DNA of 64,000 nt from Macrostomum hystrix. Taxonomy: Eukaryota; Animalia; Platyhelminthes. Under the pieces are notes generated by a model. That model had not been told where the DNA came from, ran no database searches, and saw only the letters and a list, made by a program, of their open reading frames with translations. The translations under genes and the position numbers were made by a program. The stretch lies in NCBI GenBank assembly GCA_950097015.1, contig CATNEN010000035.1:1538099-1602098 (forward strand), given 5' to 3'. Positions 1 through 11,337 of the stretch are shown here, piece after piece (positions within the stretch are counted from its first letter, which is position 1; each line of letters opens with the position of its first letter).

Positions 1-240
1 GCTCGGGTTATTCGGCGGGCAGTTCTGATCGCGCAGGATGCAGGGCTTCGCGTAGGTCTCCAGATAAGCCAGGATCTGCTCGCGATCGGTCTGAAAAAAG
101 TAAATTAAATGATTGCGTAAGTGTGCGGCATTTCCAGTAAACCAATCTAATTTGAGAATGAGGCCACGTCTCACCGGCACGGAGGCTTCGTTGCAGAGGG
201 CAACGATTGGCAGCATCGCGAGAAGCAGGAAGCGAAGCAT
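1..240 (-). CDS. 5' part of a secreted protein of unknown family (exons 240-175 and 90-<1; continues off the window)
   Basis: ATG at 240 gives the signal-peptide-like MLRFLLLAMLPIVALCNEASVP, then a GTGAGA donor at 174. An 84-nt intron ends in TTTTTTCAG. The in-frame exon 2 reads TDREQILAYLETYAKPCILRDQNCPPNNPS. Confidence 0.75.
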   Translation of the reverse strand, partial: MLRFLLLAMLPIVALCNEASVPVRRGLILKLDWFTGNAAHLRNHLIYFFQTDREQILAYLETYAKPCILRDQNCPPNNPS

Positions 241-1043
241 TGTGGTATTATATTTTTGGTCCGAATTAAGCTGCGAAAACAAGGTGCTTAGTAGTCAGCT
301 GATTTAGAGGTGAATAAGGCTTTTTTGGCGACACACCCTTGGTCCTTATATGCAGCTTTTCCAACCTGAGGTTGTTCCAGTTTAAACAGCTGATTAAACA
401 CAATTAGGCTGCTCAAAGCCTGCTGAAGCTTACTTAAGTGATTTTATGCATTTATTTACTCGTAGCTAAATCGTTATTGGATTGATATAAACAATAAAAT
501 TTACACTATAACAAGTTATAGCCATCGTGCAGTCTCTGAAAAATTACGTCTTTTAACCATTGTTCCGATAATTAAACAAAGTTCTTAAAGTCAAACAACT
601 AACTACTCGTAGTACGTAATCACCTAGTGCAATTTTACCATAGTACAAACGCTACTATTCTATTCCTGTATAACTGTGTAAAATCAATTAGCAAACTTAA
701 CTACCCGTTGTGCATACTGTTGTGTAAGCAGCTCTTTCTATAAATTCAAACCTAAGTTCATTTGTCAAAATCAATCCCAGGTAATTATTAAAGTTAGAAT
801 AAGTCGACTTTGTTTTAACGCATGCGCCAATCTTGCTTTTCTCATAAAAAAGCTTTTGCTTTAACATGAGAGAATGTTAAAAATAGACTTTCATTTTCTA
901 TATTTTTTTAGCTTGAATTATTAAAGAGACTCAAAACTCTCCTTTGTCTCATTCTCCAGATGGTTATGCGTCGAACGAATGCTGATGCTAAAGATTTGGT
1001 GATGCTGAATATTTGGCGATGAAGACTTGAAGACTTGAAGACC

Positions 1044-2375
1044 TAATCTCTCCCCTGTCTCATCTCTCCCCTGTCTCATCTCTCCCCTGTCTCATCTCTC
1101 CCCTGTCCCATCTCTCCCCTGTCTCATCTCTCCCCTGTCTCATCTCTCCCCTGTCCCATCTCTCCCCTGTCTCATCTCTCTCCTGTCTCATCTCTCCCCT
1201 GTCTCATCTCTCCCCTGTCTCATCTCTCCCCTGTCTCACCTCTCCCCTGTCTCATCTCTCCCCTGTCTCATCTCTCCCCTGTCTCATCTCTCCCCTGTCT
1301 CATCTCTCCCCTGTCTCATCTCTCCCCTGTCTCATCTCTCCCCTGTCTCATCTCTCCCCTGTCTCATCTCTCCCCTGTCCCATCTCTCCCCTGTCTCATC
1401 TCTCCCCTGTCTCATCTCTCCCCTGTCTCATCTCTCCCCTGTCCCATCTCTCCCCTGTCTTATCTCTCCCCTGTCTCATCTCTCCCCTGTCTCATCTCCC
1501 CCCTGTCTCATCTCTCCCCTGTCTCATCTCTCCCCTGTCTCATCTCTCCCCTGTCCCATCTCTCCCCTGTCTCATCTCTCCCCTGTCTCATCTCTCCCCT
1601 GTCTCATCTCCCCCCTGTCTCATCTCTCCCCTGTCTCATCTCTCCCCTGTCTCATCTCTCCCCTGTCCCATATCTCCCCTGTCTCATCTCTCCCCTGTCT
1701 CATCTCTCCCCTGTCCCATCTCTCCCCTGTCTCACCTCTCCCCTGTCTCATCTCTCCCCTGTCTCATCTCTCCCATGTCTCATCTCTCCCCTGTCCCATC
1801 TCTCCCCTGTCTCATCTCTCCCCTGTCTCACCTCTCCCCTGTCTCATCTCTCCCCTGTCTCATCTCTCCCCTGTCCCATCTCTCCCCTGTCTCATCTCTC
1901 CCCTGTCTCATCTCCCCCCTGTCTCATCTCTCCCCTGTCTCATCTCTCCCCTGTCTCATCTCTCCCCTGTCCCATCTCTCCCCTGTCTCATCTCTCCCCT
2001 GTCTCATCTCTCCCCTGTCTCATCTCTCCCCTGTCTCATCTCTCCCCTGTCTCATCACTCCCCTGTCTCATCACTCCCCTGTCTCATCTCTCCCCTGTCT
2101 CATCTCTCCCCTGTCTCATCTCTCCCCTGTCTCATCTCTCCCCTGTCTCACCTCTCCCCTGTCTCATCTCTCCCCTGTCTCATCTCTCCCCTGTCTCATC
2201 TCTCCCCTGTCTCATCTCTCCCCTGTCTCATCTCTCCCCTGTCTCATCTCTCCCCTGTCTCATCTCTCCCCTGTCTCATCTCTCCCCTGTCTCATCTCTC
2301 CCCTGTCTCATCTCTCCCCTGTCCTATCTCTCCCCTGTCTCATCTCTCCCCTATCTCATCTCACCCCTCTCTCAT
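1044..2375. repeat. 16-bp minisatellite (TCTCCCCTGTCTCATC)n
   Basis: About 80 near-identical units visible directly. It explains the spurious ORF 1775..2437. Confidence 0.97.
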
Positions 2376-2399
2376 CGTTCCAGTGTCATGTCTCCGAGT

Positions 2400-3330
2400 C
2401 TCAACTCTTCAGGCACGCACGCTTCAGTTGGACCTGATTTTCATCTTCATTGACTTAATGAAGGCTTTCGACTTGCTACCGAGGGCTGCGCTCCCGCATG
2501 TGCTCCGTTCGTATAATGTGCCAGAGCAGCTGATCCCTGCCATCATGGCATTGTAACACCGAGGTACAACATGTGCTCCGAGTCCTCCGGGTGCTCCAGA
2601 GGACACTCTAGCGCCGTCCTGGTGCTTGACTGGGCGCTTCAAAATGCTCTGCCTACCGACGACGTAGATGGCTTCCTACTGCGGCGACGCGTCGACGTCA
2701 AGGCGGCGAAGCATGCGTGGCTACGCCGACGACCTCGCCCTGCTGGCCGCGACTATAGAGGGCGCCCAGCGCCAGCTGGACAACCTGTTTGGCCTTGCAG
2801 CGAGCATCGGCCTGGTGGTCAACACGAGTAAGACCGTCTTGCTATGCGTGCCGGGCGATATCGAGGCTGCAATTTTCTGCCGAGGCGCAGAGCGACGGAG
2901 CTTCCGCGCTGTCAGCAGATTGCCTACCTCGGTTGTCTGGCACCTGACGGCTGCGAAGATCTGCGGCGTCGCGGCGCCTCACCTGGGCTGCTTTTCGTTC
3001 TGTGAGGGCGGTCCTGCAGTCCGAGTTCTGCGCTATCCTAGGCGGTGGTCGATACCGTCCTGCTGTGCAACGCGAGACCTGGACGCTGACGGACTCGCTC
3101 GAACAGCAACTTAACGCGGCGCACGCCAGGCTGCTGCCTGCCGCCTTCAAGATCAGCGACGAGCGAGTCACGTCTCGCGGCACACTTTATCACCGCGCCG
3201 GCCTGACCCATCTAAGTGAACTGCTGCACCGTCGGCGACTCCAACTGGCTGGCCACATCGTCCGTGCCGAGTCCAACTGCCCACAGCCGGTGTAGGGGGT
3301 GCTGCAGGTCACGCTGGTCTGCAGACAGGC
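2400..3330 (+). mobile_element. Decayed non-LTR retrotransposon (RTE-like) reverse transcriptase fragment
   Basis: FIFIDLMKAFD motif near 2440, a broken QGDTLAP..VLVLDWAL motif, YADDLALLA in ORF 2668..3114, and C-terminal LHRRRLQLAGHIVR in ORF 3002..3295. Contains stops and frameshifts. Confidence 0.85.
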
Positions 3331-4165
3331 AGCATTGGCGAAATAAGTTGTAGAAGAACGATTCAAAATAGACGTGTACCATGTCGGCATCCGGGAGATC
3401 AGCCATTAACTGTGAGATCTTTCCTCTACTTAAATGCACAATCCCTTGAAATAAAAATTCAAATCGATTGCAGGTTAAAGTTTTAGTAATTTTTCAGAAG
3501 AGACTTGCCGTTTTCAAACGGCAATAAACAGTAACTAAATCACGGTATTTTATAATCAGGTTGCGATTGCAGCTGTGTATTTTATAATTCGATGGCAAAT
3601 AGATTTTTTAGCACCGACGAAAACAACAACAAAAAGTAATCTTGTTAATACAATGCCACCTTGGCTTAGGCAAGCAAAGCTATTTAATTTTGAGTGTTTT
3701 TACTAATGTAATGAAATTTTTCATGTAAATATAAACATCATAAATAAACGCAAGGGCGGGGTCAGTATACCGGTCGTGTTTATGCGCCCTTGTGATTGTG
3801 ATAGCAATCTTTTGACCCAACCAAATGACTCATCGCTGGCATTTGTAGCTGCATGAGCATCTACTTGCACTCTTGACAATCAGGAGTGTATAAGCCCCAT
3901 GGCTACATGCATGGACATGGCTAAATACCCAAGCTAATTCGCTTATTAAGGCCAGCTAGCAGACTCAGTATGCGCACATTTTCCGCTTAAGTACTGTACA
4001 TTTTATAACCTATTTTTAGCTTCACTGGTCAGAAAACTAACTGTAGAGCCGAGAATACAGTTGTTATATAATGCCAGACGTACTGTGAATAAAATTACAT
4101 TCTGAATACATGTCTAAGCAATTTCACAGAGTCCTGCGTCATATTTTGATATGGTCGATGCTCGC

Positions 4166-4644
4166 TCACTGCAGCAGCCGCAGTGTTGCCGCTACGCACA
4201 GCCCGCTGACAGTGCCGAAGAAGAGGCCATTCGACGATGACGCAGGCGAGGCCGCGTTGAAGCCGCCCCACGGATTATTGAAGATGTTGTGAATTGACCT
4301 GCTCGAGGTTGTTGTTTGCATCGTCGCGCTAGTGGCGCCGCCACTAGCGCGAATTGTCGTGCCAACCGTCGTGCCACCAGCTGGCGTGGAAGTTGTTGGC
4401 GCCGGTGGCGTAGCGGTGGTGACCGGATGTTCAGTTGTTGACGGTGCCACCGTCCTGCAGTCAACATCTGCAAATAGTTGATTTGATTATGATTAAATGA
4501 AACGTGAAAGCTGTTGCTGCCTCTATATTAACTAGTTTCAAATTGAAATGATCGGTTCTGGAGATTGGATGCCATCAATGACTCACAATTGTAGGCAGTT
4601 AGCAGGCTCACGAGAAATCCCATCTGCAGTACTTTCCAGTCCAT
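4166..4644 (-). CDS. Small (119 aa) Thr/Ser-rich, probably GPI-anchored mucin-like surface protein; exons 4644-4587 and 4467-4166
   Basis: Exon 1 MDWKVLQMGFLVSLLTAYN with a phase-1 GTGAGT donor. The acceptor TTTGCAG joins in frame to YVDC-RTVAPSTTEHPVTTATPP. The protein ends in small residues (ASSSNG) followed by a hydrophobic tail LFFGTVSGLCVAATLRLLQ*. Confidence 0.75.
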
Positions 4645-5039
4645 GATTGTTGTAGCGGAGTATGCAAGACAGTCAAATTTGAAAAAAAGATACACTCAAG
4701 GAAAATGTTTCTATCGAAGTCTCGCCGGAGTCATACTTGGTACGGGCTGTCGATGATGGCAATATATAGGCCTGCCCGAACCGGGCTTTCCGGTGCTTGT
4801 TGTTACTCTCGCCTACTCCCAAAATTGCACCCTCAGCAACAAAATTCCATGCTGCAATGGTTGGGGTCGAGAAAACATGTTTCTCTAAACCAATTAGTCA
4901 CTACTGAGTCAGAATTGTGGAAAACATTTTAAATTACATGGAATTAGAATGAATCATTCACATGAGGCAGAGTGTTTGAAAAGCTAATGATAAATAAAAA
5001 TCTGGGTTAGGCAATCAAGTGAGTCTTGGAAAAAAATCA

Positions 5040-5195
5040 TTGCTGTTCAGTCCATGGACTGGAGTGGCACTCCACCCACCCTCAATTATTTTCCCGAGCT
5101 AGTTCTGGTACCCATTTAACAGTCCATTGCCCAAGATACAAATAGTTCCAGTGGGGTTGGGAATTGAATCCCCGACCTTCTAGTCGTGAGTCCTA
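5040..5195 (-). mobile_element. tRNA-derived SINE, copy 1
   Basis: On the minus strand: B-box-like GGTCGGGGATTCAATTCCC, a central AAATGGGTACC motif and the tail GTCCATGGACTGAACAGC. Colinear with the copy at 9960-10140. Confidence 0.75.
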
Positions 5196-5476
5196 GGACT
5201 AATTCTTTCCTTGTGATTCTTAAGGCCTTGTTGTTTTTAGACTGTCATTTTGCTTTAATTATACTAATAATTTTACGTGAAAATGCCTAAAATAAATTTG
5301 CCAGACAAGTGAATTGATTTTACTTATAATTCTCATATTTGCTTAGTTTTAATTGAACTTCAATTAATGTGTGTGCTCACCTGAGGTACTTAACATTGAA
5401 CATGAAAAACCTTAAAAATTAATAGACACTGAAATTTGGCAATCGAAAGATTAGCATCGGATTCATAAAAATAGTT

Positions 5477-6088
5477 ATGAGCATGAAGCTACTGGTTTTG
5501 CTGTTGGTCCTAGGTCTGTCGACCTTATCTGTTGGTGAGTTAAGATACGAATATGAGTAATTACTCAGCATCAGGTAAACAACCCAGCTCAGCGATCCTG
5601 TGTTTTTCACTTCAGGCGCTTGTCCAACGCTCTACCTGACTAACAATGGCAGCGGAGTCATGTCGTCAAGTCACGGCTTTCCACGCTTCTGCGGTGTTGA
5701 GTATTGCCACCGCTTGGAATGCAACTACGAACTGTTAGCTGGAGGCAACAACACGGGACACGGGCTCAACTTCCAGTTCGACTTCTTTGACACCGAGTCG
5801 AGCTTTGACTACCTGCAGCTGCAGTTCACGGACAAGCAGGGACGCATTGTGAATGGAACCTTCTGGGGTAGCATTGGCCCGTTGGTAGGACACCTGGACG
5901 CGGCCCGCGGCTCCCCAGTGAGGCTTCGATGGGTCACCGACGCCACAGTGAACAGCTTCGGCTTCGTCATGAGATTCCAAGCCACACCGCCACCACCAAC
6001 TCGATGGTACAGGCTGGGCGGCCTGCTGGCTGTTGGAGAGGCCGGCGTCCAGGGCTCAATCAGTGTTGTGCCGGCCAGGAGAAAGTGA
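5477..6088 (+). CDS. Secreted single-CUB-domain protein, paralog 1 (exons 5477-5534 and 5616-6088)
   Basis: Signal peptide MSMKLLVLLLVLGLSTLSV, 81-nt phase-1 GT-AG intron. CUB hallmarks: C-P-T, G-x-x-S-S..FP..Y..C-x-Y, F-D-T-E..D-Y-L, and LRWVTDATVNSFGF. Confidence 0.88.
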
Positions 6089-6235
6089 ACTGAGCCTTAA
6101 GACTTAACTAACAATAAATATGGACTTGACTGAACTCACAATGAGCCCACTATAATGCTTCGCAAATAGGATTCGATGAGTTTCAACATTTATTAATTTA
6201 CTAATGATAAGAGGGAGTTTTTAACTAAATCTGTT

Positions 6236-6385
6236 CTCTGACCGAGAAATCGGGATTTCGACTCTCAGTCGAAGGGAAACAGTTTGTCTTTGAGCAAAGC
6301 AATTCACAGCTGATTGCTTCAGCTCAGCCCACTAGAAATTTTGGCGGGTGTTACGGCCTCCCAAGTCCACGGACGGAACAGCTGT
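6236..6385 (+). mobile_element. tRNA-derived SINE, degenerate copy 2 (opposite orientation)
   Basis: The head TCTGACCGAGAAATCGGGATTTCGACTCTCAG resembles the 56-bp unit at 49689. The tail CCAAGTCCACGGACGGAACAGC matches the tail of the other SINE copies. Confidence 0.55.
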
Positions 6386-6402
6386 ACACAGCATTTAGAC
6401 AA

Positions 6403-6439
6403 TTTTCACTTCAGGCGCTCTACCTGACTAACAATGGCA
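6403..6439 (+). other. Relic duplicate of the CUB1 splice acceptor and exon start with an internal 11-nt deletion
   Basis: TTTTCACTTCAGGCGCT-CTACCTGACTAACAATGGCA is identical to 5604-5650 minus TGTCCAACGCT, with CGCT microhomology at the deletion. Confidence 0.85.
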
Positions 6440-6727
6440 AAACGGACAAGTTGCACAATTTCTGCGACTGGCTGTACATCCTGGCCCTAACTGGGGGCCT
6501 CATCGCTATAGCCGCGGGTCAATTGACGACAAAGTGAGGCATTAGCACACGTAAAATGTTTAAATGTGCACCAGTGAGTGCAGTGACTGTACGTACATGG
6601 ACATACATGTATTGCGTGCATCGATGCGTAATGTTTTGATGTATCAAAAATTGCTTTCCCAATGCAGTTTCGTAAATCGAAACCCAGAAATGCGTCAGAG
6701 CTTATTGTCATTGTGAAATGCGAGTTT

Positions 6728-7789
6728 ACACTCAGCAACAGTCAAAAGTTCCACCCTATCACGCCTAGTCAGAGATAACTTCTCGCTCACAATTCAACCC
6801 GTGAGTACGCAACTACGCCGCGAGGAGGGAAGGCTGATTGAATCAATCACAAGTTTATTTTTTATGCAATATGCAGTTAGAATCGCTATGCTTAATACCG
6901 CGTGTGGGCAGAAGAGCGGCGACTCTGCGGGGCATCCCCAAGATGAGGCGGCGCAGAAAGTCCTGGGGAAGTTGCTGCCAAGCGTTTGCAATGGCGTGAC
7001 GCAGCTCCGCAACATTCTGTAGGTGCATTCTCTTTTCGAATGCTGCGCTTTTGAAAGTCCCAGACATGCTCGATTGGATTCATGTCAGGGGACCGGGAAG
7101 GCCTGCGCAGAGTGCGGATCTGTAGCTGCTCTTTCACTTGACTAATCGGCTCGATGTGGCGGCGCGTTATCATCCTGGAGAATGCAGGTGCCAACTCCTC
7201 CGAAAGCAGCGTCGGCAAACGGTAGGAACCGAGTCTGCAGAAGGTCTGCGTAGCTATTCCGTGTGGACGCGCTGCATCGCCCACTACTCTCGGCTGGCGA
7301 TGTGGGCAGGACTGAGTCGTCGAGGCCGCTTGCGCATCTTGCGAGAGCGGAGGCCGGCCTCTCGAATTCGACGTCGAACTGTCTGGGCGCTCAGGATGTT
7401 TCCTGCTCTGCTTCTCTCACCCCACATCAGACGGAGCAGGGTGGCTGGCAGGGTGGGAGTTCGCCTTACTATTCGCAGCAGACGGCAATTTGCTCTGGCT
7501 GTTGAGCCACGGAGATCAAGGCGCTGACTGCCTTTCGCAGCGTGCTCCACTGCTGCCAGTCTCACGGGACTTTGTCAGCAGTTTTCGAATTGCCACTCGC
7601 GATCTTCCAAATCTGCGAGCAACTTCGCTGATGGACACAACGACTTCCAGCATTCCAACAGCACGCAATCGTTCAGCACTAGTCATTTGCCGGACCATTT
7701 TTGAAATCGTGTGTGTGTGTGTGGATTAGACTGAAAATGTGTCCTCTTAAAGTTACGCAGGCGAACCTCCAAGGCACAGTGAGAGTGTA
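6728..7789 (-). mobile_element. Decayed Tc1/mariner transposon (transposase with frameshifts)
   Basis: N-terminal HTH RAVGMLE..SISEVARRFG, second HTH LSAQTVRRRIREAGL, the DD34E signature SPDMNPIEHVW, and C-terminal LRHAIANAWQQL..LILGMPRRVAALL. Only TA-CACTC/GAGTG-TA match at the putative ends, so the boundaries are tentative. Confidence 0.88.
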
Positions 7790-8451
7790 CACTGCCTGAC
7801 GATGAGAAAGTCAGGGCAGATGTACACACCTGTGTGAGCGAGTGCCTGCGTGTGTTATCTGTGTGCGTGTGTGCTCAGGAGTCAGCGAGATGAGCAGAAT
7901 TGCCTCCTTGCTGGCTGCGGGTCCAGTGTCACCAAGTGATGTGCCATTGCCCGCAGCCCTCCTGCAATTATTACTATTATTATATGAATCATTCGCGTAT
8001 AGATCTGGGGTACTGACTGATTCTCCGGTAGAACGAAATCGTGAAATTAGTATTTTGAAGCAAACAGGTGTCCCAAATCCAGTTTGTGGAGCAATTTCTT
8101 TATTTGATATCCATTAGCAATGACATATTCATTACCCATAATCTGTCCGCCCGATTTCAGTTAGCTAGCTAGCCAATAAATCATTTTTTAAACAGTTGTT
8201 TAAACAACTGAACAATTATTTTTAAGGCTAATGGCTATGACCAATTACAAAAAAACGCGAAATTCGAGCAGATTAGTAAAACAGGTTTGGTGATCAATTT
8301 CATTTTAAGAAATAAATCCATGTGGACAAAGGTGCAGGTGACTTTCAACTTTTTTCGAAGAACCCGTCTATATAAGTGTGGGTCGGAGAAGATTAAAATC
8401 CATTAAGGCTAACTCTTTTTTTTTTACTCAACCCGTTCAGCATCAGCGAAG

Positions 8452-9697
8452 ATGAAGCTGCTGGACATTCTGATCCTGGCCTGCCTGGCGACAGCAGTTT
8501 GCGGTAATTAGTCTCAGTTTTGCGCATCCAACGGCATAGTGCCGGGCACAAACAGGACGCACTACCCCTCACAGGTGTCCTACTCCCCTCACAGGTGTCC
8601 TACTCCCCTCACAGGTGTCCTACTCCCCTCACAGGTGTCCTACTCCCCTCACAGGTGTCCTAATCCCCTCACAGTTGTCCCAATACCTTCACAGGTGTCC
8701 TACTCCCCTCACAGGTGTCCCAATCCCTTCACAGGTGTCCTACTACCCTCACAGGTGTCCTACTCCCCTCACAGGTGTCCTACTCCCCTCAAAGGTGTTC
8801 TAGTCCCCTCACAGGTGTCCCAATACCTTCACAGGTGTCCTACTCCCCTCACAGGTGTCCCAATACCTTCACAGGTGTCCTACTACCCTCACAGGTGTCC
8901 TTCTCCCCTCACAGGTGTCCTACTCCCCTCAAAGGTGTTCTAGTCCCCTCACAGGTGTCCTACTCCCCTCATAGGTTTTCTACTCCCCTCACAGGTGTCC
9001 TACTCCCCTCACAGGTGTTCTACTACCCTCACAGGTGTCCTACTCCCCTCACAGGTGTCCTACTCCCTTCACAGGTGTCCTAATCCCCTCACAGGTGTCC
9101 CAATCCCTTCACAGGTGTCCTACTCCCCTCACAGGTGTCCTACTCCCCTCACAGTAATTGAAAGTGAAGTAAGCAGTAATCGCGCAGGGTTTCTGGTGCA
9201 GTGCAACCCACCCACATTGCTTCCAGGCAATTGCCCCACTCTATACATCTCGCGCAGTTCGAGTTTCTCGGGCGCCCTTTCGTCGGAGCAAAGCTATCCG
9301 CACAGGTGCAACAACTCGTACAGTCACAACCTGAGGTGCAACTACGAACTGGTCCCGGCCCGAGACAACCTGGGAGCCGGAGTGAACTTCGTCCTTCATT
9401 ACTTCAATACAGAGATTGGCTACGACTTTGTCCTGCTAGATTTCACAGACGAGTCTGGCTACAGCGTTACAGCCAAATTCTCTGGCAGCGTGGGCCAATA
9501 CAGCGGCAAATTGCTAACCAAGCCATTCACTCCGATAAGGCTTTCCTGGATCACCGACCATTCGCGTTGATAACTATGGCTTCCTAGTCCGCTACTATGT
9601 TGTACCAGCCATCAGATACCGCCTGGGCGGAACCGTCGACGTTTCGCAAGACGGAGTTCGCGGCTCCTTCGATGTTCAGCGGATCTTGAAGAAGTGA
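8452..9697 (+). CDS. Secreted single-CUB-domain protein, paralog 2 (exons 8452-8503 and 9227-9697), with a +1 frameshift at about 9565
   Basis: Signal MKLLDILILACLATAVC, phase-1 intron, then GNCPTLY..FNTEIGYDF..LSWITDHS. Removing one base at 9565 restores VDNYGFLVRY..RYRLGGTVDVSQDGVRGSFDVQRILKK*, which is colinear with paralogs 1 and 3. Confidence 0.82.
8564..9153. repeat. 20-bp minisatellite (TACTCCCCTCACAGGTGTCC)n in the CUB2 intron
   Basis: About 29 units visible directly. Confidence 0.95.
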
Positions 9698-9959
9698 AAC
9701 CGGTTTGAACCAGTTGACACTTCCTATAGTGGCAATACTAAATATACATTCGCTTATCTGTGACAGCGTGGACCACACAAGCTTAATTAAAATAGCTTTT
9801 GTTATAACGGAATTACTGATTTTCAAAAATTTGCCGAAAATTTCATTGATGAGAATCATTAAACAGACGACATTTATATTCCTATGCACGTCGGCTGGGC
9901 CAGATGTGCCGCCGACAGCACAGAGGTAGGTATTGCGTGGCGCATCTGAAGGCTGCGTA

Positions 9960-10140
9960 CGGCTGTTCAGTCCATGGACTGGGGGGACGCCACACCCACC
10001 TCATTCACCCCAGCTAATGCTGGTACCCATTTTACCGCTTGGTGAACTGAATCAATGCTAAAGCACACAAATTGTTCCAGTGGAGTCGGGAATCGAACCC
10101 CGACCTTCAAGGTCGTGAAACCGACGCTCTAATCACTAAC
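9960..10140 (-). mobile_element. tRNA-derived SINE, copy 3
   Basis: On the minus strand: tRNA-like head AGAGCGTCGGTTTCACGACCTTGAAGGTCGGGGTTCGATTCCCGAC (B-box GGTTCGATTCC), then GGTAAAATGGGTACC, then the GTCCATGGACTGAACAGC tail. Confidence 0.8.
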
Positions 10141-10429
10141 TTCAAGGCCATTATGTAAAACCAGCGTACTTATTATTAAACTTAAATGAAACATTAGCAA
10201 AATTCTCTGCAAATCACTGACAATTATCCAAATCCAAACCCTATATGTGATGAAGAATTGCTTATCTAGCTTCTATTGTCTTCAAGTGTGTACTAAAAGT
10301 ACACATGATTTTTTACAAGGCAATGTATTTTTTCTGCTCCATACAAAATTACCAATATTCTTAATTCGTGTTTCAAAACTCATTTCATAACTGTCTGTGA
10401 AATCAGCATGTGTAAACACAGCCAGAATC

Positions 10430-11005
10430 TATCTAACAGCTAAGGCACTCATATTTATCATCTAGACACCCAAATCTTACAGCTACGAGTAGAAACAATT
10501 CTAAAAGCTAGAAATTCCAATCCAACAGCTAGACACTTATATCTAACATCTAGACACCCAAATCTAAACGCTAGAAATTCAAATCTAACAGCTAGACAAT
10601 CCTATCTAACAGCTAGACATTCCAATGTAACAGCTAGACACCCAAATCTAACCGCTAGAAATTCAAATCTAACAGCTAGACATTCCAATCTAACAGCTAG
10701 ACATTCCAGTCTAACAGCTAGACATTCCAGTCCAACAGCTAGACACCTAAATCTAACAGCTAGACATTCAAATCTAACAGCTAGACACTAATCTAATAGC
10801 TAGACATTCAAATCTAACAGCTAAATATTTAAATCTAACAGCTAGACACTAATCTAACAGCTAGACACTAATCTAACATCTAGACGTTCAAATCTAACAG
10901 CTAGAAATTCAAATCTAAAAGCTAGACATTCAAATCTAAAAGCTAGACATTTAAATCCAAAAGCTAGACATCAAAATCTGACAGCTAGACACCCAAATCT
11001 ACGAG
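10430..11005. repeat. Degenerate ~21-bp minisatellite (CTAACAGCTAGACATTCAAAT)n
   Basis: Directly visible tandem units. Confidence 0.9.
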
Positions 11006-11337
11006 CGCGCTATCCTAGTTAAAAATAAGTAAATAATTTGATTTTTAACTTTACTTTTACTTAACAATTTTGGTCTGGTTAAATCAACCAGTTTAGAAGT
11101 GGAAAAAGGAATTCGTTAATTGAAGATTGCCATTTGTTTAAACAAAAGTCATGCGATAAATCCTGAAACGAGTGTGTATCGTGATTTTATTTGCTTGCTT
11201 TGTTAGCCGACGCGACAGGTGAGTTTTTTAGCAGTTTTATTCCTGATAATTTGTCTATAAATAGGCTAATAGATTGACTTAAAGCACTTCAAAGCTGACC
11301 AATATTGCTGACTGTACTCAACCCAACTGTACGGAGG

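Noticed and set aside
6728-7789. Intact terminal inverted repeats or an active Tc1 element
   Set aside because: Only 5 bp plus TA match between the ends, and the transposase has several frameshifts and lacks part of the catalytic core.
7791-7820. Hammerhead ribozyme (CTGACGA...GAAA)
   Set aside because: There is no stem II between CUGAnGA and GAAA and no GAAAC/GUH stem III. CTGAC pairs with GTCAG instead, which gives a plain hairpin.
9960-10140. Functional tRNA gene
   Set aside because: The acceptor stem and D-arm cannot be completed, and the tRNA-like part continues into a body shared with other dispersed copies, as expected for a SINE.
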